Assembly (NCBI GenBank): GCA_963704725.1
Contig: OY969934.1
Location: forward strand, 64,001 to 128,000
DNA: 64,000 nucleotides
Direction: 5' to 3'
Source: an uncultured Actinomycetes bacterium
GTDB lineage: Bacteria > Actinomycetota > UBA4738 > HRBIN12
This document shows positions 58,967 to 64,000 of the stretch, piece by piece (position 1 is the stretch's first letter; every line of letters begins with the position of its first letter). The notes beneath the pieces are model-generated. The model did no database searches. It was not told where the DNA came from and saw only the letters and a program-made list of their open reading frames with translations. The position numbers and the translations under genes were made by a program.

Positions 58967-59449
58967 TCAGTCCCCGGCGATCCCCAGCCACATCCAGGCG
59001 CCTCCGGGACCGAACCCCGCCCGTTCGTAGAACGACACGGACCGCGGGCTCGGCCACAGCAGGACGCCGTCGGCCTCCTTCGACCCGGCGAACGCCACCG
59101 CGACGTCGAGCAGCTCGCGGCCGAGCCCGGCGCCCCGCCGTTCGGGCTCGAGGTACATGTTCGTGACGTAGGCGATGGGGCGCTGCCACCGGGCGCGGTT
59201 GGGGTGCGGCACCTTCTCGACGAGCTGTAGCCACACGCAGCCGACGAGGCGGCCGCCGTCCTCGGCCACCCACACGCGCCACGCCCCGCCCTCCGCCAGG
59301 GCGTCCGCCACGAACGACCGCATCTCCTGGTCGAAACGCGCACGATCCAGGCCGGGCGGGGTTCCGTCCTCGATCCGGAACTCCCAGCGCAGGCGGGCCA
59401 GCTCCTCCGTGTCGGCGACGGTCGCGACGCGGATCGACGATCTCGTCAT
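58967..59449 (-). CDS. GNAT family N-acetyltransferase
   Basis: YVTNMY..PERRGAGLG, FYERAGF; ATG overlaps menD stop. Confidence 0.88.
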   Translation of the reverse strand: MTRSSIRVATVADTEELARLRWEFRIEDGTPPGLDRARFDQEMRSFVADALAEGGAWRVWVAEDGGRLVGCVWLQLVEKVPHPNRARWQRPIAYVTNMYLEPERRGAGLGRELLDVAVAFAGSKEADGVLLWPSPRSVSFYERAGFGPGGAWMWLGIAGD

Positions 59450-61146
59450 GGGGCCGAGCGTACGGCCGCCGACACCGCGGCGTGGACCTCGGCGTGGCGC
59501 CGGACGTTCGCCTCGGGGTCGATGGGGACCTCGACCACCCGAACCCCGCCCGACGCGCGCGCCCGCTCGACGGCCGGGACCAGTTCGTTCGCCCGCTCCA
59601 CGCGCGTGTGGCCCGCGCCGGCCGCCGCGCAGACCGCGGCGAGATCGAGTCCATGGGGCGTGGTGAACAGCTCTCGAAGCTCGGGCAGCGTGCGCTGTTC
59701 GAGGAACGAGAAGATCACGCCGCCGCCGTTGTTCGGCACGACGAACACCGCGTCGAGACCTCGCCGTGCGCTCCACATCAGCGACCCCACGTCGTGCAGC
59801 AGCGTCAGGTCTCCGCACAGCGCCGCCGTCGGCGCGCCGTCGGCCGCCGCGCCCAGGGCGGTCGAGACGAACCCGTCGATCCCGCTGGCCCCCCGGTTCG
59901 CCAGCACACGGAGACCGTGGCGCGGCAGCATGTACGCGTCGAGATCCCGCACCGGCATGCTGGACCCGACGAGGAGCGCGGACCCGTCGGGGAGCGATGC
60001 GGCGAGATCGCGCGCCACCCGGCCCTCGAACGGCTCGTCCCACGATCCGATCGTCCCGTCCACGGCCCGCCGGGCCCGATCGTCGGCCTCGCGCCACGCC
60101 GCGAGCCACGTCCCCTCCTCGCGAGGCGCGATCTGCTCGGCCGCCGTGTGCAGCACGTGCTCGCCGTGGACGGCGAAGCGGCGCTCCGTCCGCCGGTTCG
60201 GGTCCCCAACCACCAGGTCCGGATCGACGATCACGAGCCGTTCGGCCGAGCGGGCCAGGGCCAGCGCCGGGCGGGACGTCGGCGCGGCGCCGACCTGCAG
60301 GAGCACGTCCGGGAGGTGGCCGGCTCGGAACGCCTCGTCCGCGAGCAGGAGCTGCCCCGCCTCGAGGACGCCCGGGATCCGGGTGCCGGAGGTCGGCTCG
60401 GCGACCACCGGCCAGCCGAGCCGCGCGGCGAGCTCCAGCGCCCCCGGGACCGGCGCCCGCTGCGACCCGAGGTAGACGAGCCCCCGAACGCCCTTCACCA
60501 TCGACGTCGCGAGCTCGGTCACCTCGCCGTCGGTAGCCCGGCGCCCTTCACCGATCCCAACGTGCCCCAGCGCGAGGACGGTCTCCTCGCCGAGATCGAC
60601 CGGCGCTCCCGCCGGGACGAGCCCGTCGCCGAACGGCAGGTTCACGTGGACGGGCCCCGGCGAGCAGGCCCGTCGGTACGACTCGAGCCCCAGCTCCGTC
60701 CACGTCCGGAACGCGTCCGGCGCCTCGGCCGGGAGCGGCGCGTCAACGAACCACCGGACGTACCGGCCGAAGAGCTCGAGCTGGTCGATCGTCTGGTTCG
60801 CCCCCGTGCCGCGGAGCGCGGGCGGCCGATCGGCCGTGAGCGCGATGAGAGGCGCCCGTGACATCGACGCCTCGACGACCGCGGGGAACAGGTTCGCGGC
60901 GGCCGTGCCGCTCGTGCAGACGACGACGACCGGGCGGTTCGACGCCTTCGCCAGGCCGAGCGCGAAGAAGGCCGAGGATCGCTCGTCGAGATGGACGTGC
61001 ACGCGGATCCGGTCGTCCCGCGCCAGCGCGAGCGCGATCGGCGTCGAGCGCGAACCCGGCGAGATGCACGCGTCGCGCAGCCCCATGACGGCGAGGGTGC
61101 CCACGAACGCCGAGGCGCACGCGAGCGCGACGTCGCCTTCACTCAT
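59446..61146 (-). CDS. menD: SEPHCHC synthase
   Basis: SPGSRSTP, DERSSAFFALG, TSGTAAAN, ANRGASGIDG, GDL.LLHD, NNGGG.IF. Confidence 0.95.
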   Translation of the reverse strand: MSEGDVALACASAFVGTLAVMGLRDACISPGSRSTPIALALARDDRIRVHVHLDERSSAFFALGLAKASNRPVVVVCTSGTAAANLFPAVVEASMSRAPLIALTADRPPALRGTGANQTIDQLELFGRYVRWFVDAPLPAEAPDAFRTWTELGLESYRRACSPGPVHVNLPFGDGLVPAGAPVDLGEETVLALGHVGIGEGRRATDGEVTELATSMVKGVRGLVYLGSQRAPVPGALELAARLGWPVVAEPTSGTRIPGVLEAGQLLLADEAFRAGHLPDVLLQVGAAPTSRPALALARSAERLVIVDPDLVVGDPNRRTERRFAVHGEHVLHTAAEQIAPREEGTWLAAWREADDRARRAVDGTIGSWDEPFEGRVARDLAASLPDGSALLVGSSMPVRDLDAYMLPRHGLRVLANRGASGIDGFVSTALGAAADGAPTAALCGDLTLLHDVGSLMWSARRGLDAVFVVPNNGGGVIFSFLEQRTLPELRELFTTPHGLDLAAVCAAAGAGHTRVERANELVPAVERARASGGVRVVEVPIDPEANVRRHAEVHAAVSAAVRSAP

Positions 61147-62048
61147 GACGCCCGAACCCCGGCGATCCACAGTCCGAGCGAGAGCAGGCCCCCGAACGTG
61201 ACCTGGAGGAGTCCCGTTCCGACGAGGACGGGGACGAGGGCTCGGCCCCGAGCGGTCCCGACCTCGACGAGGGGCCGGATCGCGAGCGGCGCCGCCCCGA
61301 GCGCCAGGAGGGACCACCCACCGAGGCCCGCCGCCGGGTCGATCGCCGCCGTCGCGGCGGCCCCGGCGACGACGATCACGAAGGCCCCGACCACGCAGGC
61401 CCGATACGTCGTCCTCGTCCGGTCCTCGCCGAGCCGGACCGCCAGCGTCCGCTTGCCGGACGCGGCGTCCGTCGGGATGTCCCGCAGGTTGTTCGCGACC
61501 AGGATCGCCACCGCCAGCAGCCCCATCGTCGCGCTCGACCACCACGCGGAGGCCGAGACGGTCTCGGCCTGGACGTACGCCGTTCCCGCCGTGGCCATCA
61601 CCCCGAAGAACAGGAACACCATCACCTCGCCGAGGCCCAGCTCCGCGTAGGGCCTCGGCCCGCCGCTGTAGAGCCACAGCGCGAGCATCGCGACCGCACC
61701 GAGCGGGACGAGCCACCATGTCGTCGCGGCGGCGAGCGCCAGCCCGGCGATGCCGGCCACGGCGATCGCGGCCAACGAGGCGAACAGGACCGATCTCGGC
61801 GAGGTCATCCCCGACGACGTGAGCCGGGGCGGTCCCAAGCGCTCGGCGGTGTCGACGCCGCGGACGCCGTCGTGGAAGTCGTTCGCGTAGTTCACGCCGA
61901 CCTGCAGCCCGAGCCCGACGAGCAGCGCGGCGACGAAGCGCCAGGGCTCGGCGTGCCCGGCCGCGGCCGTGCCCACGACGACGGGCGTCACGCTCGCGCC
62001 GAGCGTTCGGGGCCGGGCGCCGTGGACCCAGACGCCGAGTCGGCTCAC
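61143..62048 (-). CDS. menA: 1,4-dihydroxy-2-naphthoate polyprenyltransferase
   Basis: [36 protein letters not shown]. Confidence 0.94.
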   Translation of the reverse strand: MSRLGVWVHGARPRTLGASVTPVVVGTAAAGHAEPWRFVAALLVGLGLQVGVNYANDFHDGVRGVDTAERLGPPRLTSSGMTSPRSVLFASLAAIAVAGIAGLALAAATTWWLVPLGAVAMLALWLYSGGPRPYAELGLGEVMVFLFFGVMATAGTAYVQAETVSASAWWSSATMGLLAVAILVANNLRDIPTDAASGKRTLAVRLGEDRTRTTYRACVVGAFVIVVAGAAATAAIDPAAGLGGWSLLALGAAPLAIRPLVEVGTARGRALVPVLVGTGLLQVTFGGLLSLGLWIAGVRAS

Positions 62049-62857
62049 GGACGCTTGGGGAACCGCGTGAAGTCCGGATCGCGCCGCTCGACGAAGGCGT
62101 CCCGGCCCTCCTGCGCTTCCTCGGTCATGTAGTACAGGAGCGTCGCGTCGCCGGCGAGGTGCTGCACGCCGGCCAGGCCGTCGACGCCGGCGTTGTAGCC
62201 GGACTTGAGGAGCCGGAGCGCGAGTGGGCTCATCCGGAGCATCTCGCGGCACCACCGGACGGTCTCGGCCTCGAGCTCGTCAAGCGGCACGACCGCGTTC
62301 ACGAGGCCCCAGGCGAGCGCGGTCGCCGCGTCGACCTGCCGGCACAGGAACCAGATCTCCTTGGCCCGCTTCTCGCCGACCTGCCGAGCCAGGAGGTGGA
62401 TGCCGTACCCGCCGTCGAACGAGCCGACCCTCGGCCCCGTCTGCCCGAACCGGGCGTTGTCCGCGGCGATCGTGAGGTCGCAGCAGACGTGGAGCACGTG
62501 CCCGCCGCCGATCGCGTAGCCGGCCACCATGGCGACGACGGGCTTGGGGAGCCGGCGGATCTGGATCTGCAGGTCGAGGACGTTCAGGCGCGAGGTCCCG
62601 GCCTCGTCGAGGTACCCGTCGTCGCCCCGGATGCGCTGATCCCCTCCGCTACAGAACGCGTCGGGGCCCTCGCCGGTCAGGATCACGACCCCCACCGCAG
62701 GGTCGTCCCGCGCCGCCTCGAAGGCGCGCGAGAGCTCGCGCACGGTGAGCGGGCGGAACGCGTTGCGCACCTCGGGCCGCGCGATCGTGATCTTCGCGAT
62801 GCCCTCGTCCGTCTCGTATCGGATGTCTCGGTACTCGCCCGACGGCGTCCAGTTCAT
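62045..62857 (-). CDS. menB: 1,4-dihydroxy-2-naphthoyl-CoA synthase
   Basis: [42 protein letters not shown]. Confidence 0.96.
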   Translation of the reverse strand: MNWTPSGEYRDIRYETDEGIAKITIARPEVRNAFRPLTVRELSRAFEAARDDPAVGVVILTGEGPDAFCSGGDQRIRGDDGYLDEAGTSRLNVLDLQIQIRRLPKPVVAMVAGYAIGGGHVLHVCCDLTIAADNARFGQTGPRVGSFDGGYGIHLLARQVGEKRAKEIWFLCRQVDAATALAWGLVNAVVPLDELEAETVRWCREMLRMSPLALRLLKSGYNAGVDGLAGVQHLAGDATLLYYMTEEAQEGRDAFVERRDPDFTRFPKRP

Positions 62858-62912
62858 TCGACCGTTCACTCCGAGAGCGGCCACTCACAAGGTCTGGGCT
62901 AGCCTACCGGAT

Positions 62913-64000
62913 GTGAGCCGGACGCTCTGGGGCTCGGGCGGCATCCGCGAGGGGGACCTGGTGGCGGTCGCGCTCACCCCGGGGCCGGGGTGGATGGACC
63001 TGGTCCGCGAGGTGTGGGCGGCCGGGGCGGCGCTCATGCCGATCGATCCCCGACTGCCGTATGCCGAGGTGGGCACCCTGTTGCACCTGGCCCGGCCGAC
63101 CGCCCTCATCTCGGACGTCGATGGCGCCCCGGACCTCGATCGCCGGCCCGAGGGCGTTCCCGTCGATGAGGGAGTGACCCTCGTCATCCCCACATCCGGC
63201 ACGGCCGGGGACCCGAAGCTGGTCCAGTTCGACCGAGGGGCGATCGACGGCGCCGTCGCCGCCTCGACGTTCGCCCTCGAGGCCACCCCCCGCGACCCGT
63301 GGATCTGTTGTCTGCCCCTGGCCCACGTCGGAGGGATCCTCGTCCTCCTTCGCGGGGTGCTGCTGGGGGCGCCCGTGACGGTCCACCGGTCGTTCGACCC
63401 GGCGTTCATCCGCGCCGAGCCCGACGTCGCGTTCATGTCGCTGGTCCCGACGATGCTCGGCCGCCTCCTCGTCGCGGGCGTGGACCTGGCGCGCTTCCGG
63501 GCGATCCTGGTGGGAGGCGCGCACTTGACCCCCGACCTCCGTGCCCGTGCCGAGCGCGCAGGCGCCCGCGTGATCGAGACCTACGGCCTGACCGAGTCGT
63601 GCGGCGGCGTGGTCTACGACGGCCTGCCGCTGCCGGGGGTCGAGATGCGGGTGAACGAGGACGGCGGGATCGAGCTCCGGGGGCCGATGCTGATGCTGGG
63701 GTATCGGTTCGACGTCGAGGCGACGAAGCGCGCGTTCACCCAGGACGGGTGGCTGAAACCGGGCGACGCCGGCGAGATCGACGCCGAGGGACACCTGCAC
63801 GTCGTCGGTCGGATCGACGACCTCATCAACACCGGCGGCGAGAAGGTGTGGCCGGAGGAGGTCGAGGCCGCGATGCGCGAGCACGCCCTCGTCGCGGAGG
63901 TGGGCGTGGGTGGCCGGCTCGACCCGGAGTGGGGGCAGCGGGTCGTGGCGTTCGTCGTGCCGTCCGATCCGGACCGGCCTCCCACGCTCGCGGAGCTGCG
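62913..64000 (+). CDS. menE: o-succinylbenzoate--CoA ligase (partial, runs off window)
   Basis: read manually: TSGTAGDPK, CLPLAHVGG, SLVPTML, TYGLTESCGG, GRIDDLINTGGEKV; not in ORF track because it has no stop. Confidence 0.85.
   Translation, partial: MSRTLWGSGGIREGDLVAVALTPGPGWMDLVREVWAAGAALMPIDPRLPYAEVGTLLHLARPTALISDVDGAPDLDRRPEGVPVDEGVTLVIPTSGTAGDPKLVQFDRGAIDGAVAASTFALEATPRDPWICCLPLAHVGGILVLLRGVLLGAPVTVHRSFDPAFIRAEPDVAFMSLVPTMLGRLLVAGVDLARFRAILVGGAHLTPDLRARAERAGARVIETYGLTESCGGVVYDGLPLPGVEMRVNEDGGIELRGPMLMLGYRFDVEATKRAFTQDGWLKPGDAGEIDAEGHLHVVGRIDDLINTGGEKVWPEEVEAAMREHALVAEVGVGGRLDPEWGQRVVAFVVPSDPDRPPTLAEL

Overview
High-GC actinobacterial chromosome, probably a deep-branching lineage (inferred from gene content), densely coding with about 75 genes. 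I found no rRNA, tRNA, CRISPR or mobile element. Main blocks: (1) an ABC-2 exporter operon with TetR. (2) An MprAB-like two-component island, 8.5-17.1 kb, with a MacAB-like exporter, a repeat lipoprotein, a repeat secreted protein and an ApbE flavinylation/cytochrome-b operon; its four promoters share 11-bp-phased MprA-type boxes. (3) padR-ino1 followed by an APH(7'')-like kinase. (4) A pseudo-histidine kinase. (5) tusA-dsrE preceded by an unannotated 28-aa Cys-Cys-Cys leader ORF. (6) sodX/sodN, a divergent ychF, modABC and lepB. (7) The conserved cca/nudix/DUF6049/murJ/pseudokinase/sigM/anti-sigma cluster, carrying unusual insertions (dedA-pilT, tauE, a Tad-like pilin). (8) A menaquinone cluster (merR-menG-menF, menB-menA-menD-GNAT, partial menE). 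The best candidates for new biology are the putative cysteine-sensing leader peptide on tusA-dsrE and the MprAB-controlled minimal flavinylation system, whose likely substrate ends in a non-canonical SGGS. All calls come from motif reading and recalled family knowledge; no database searches were run.
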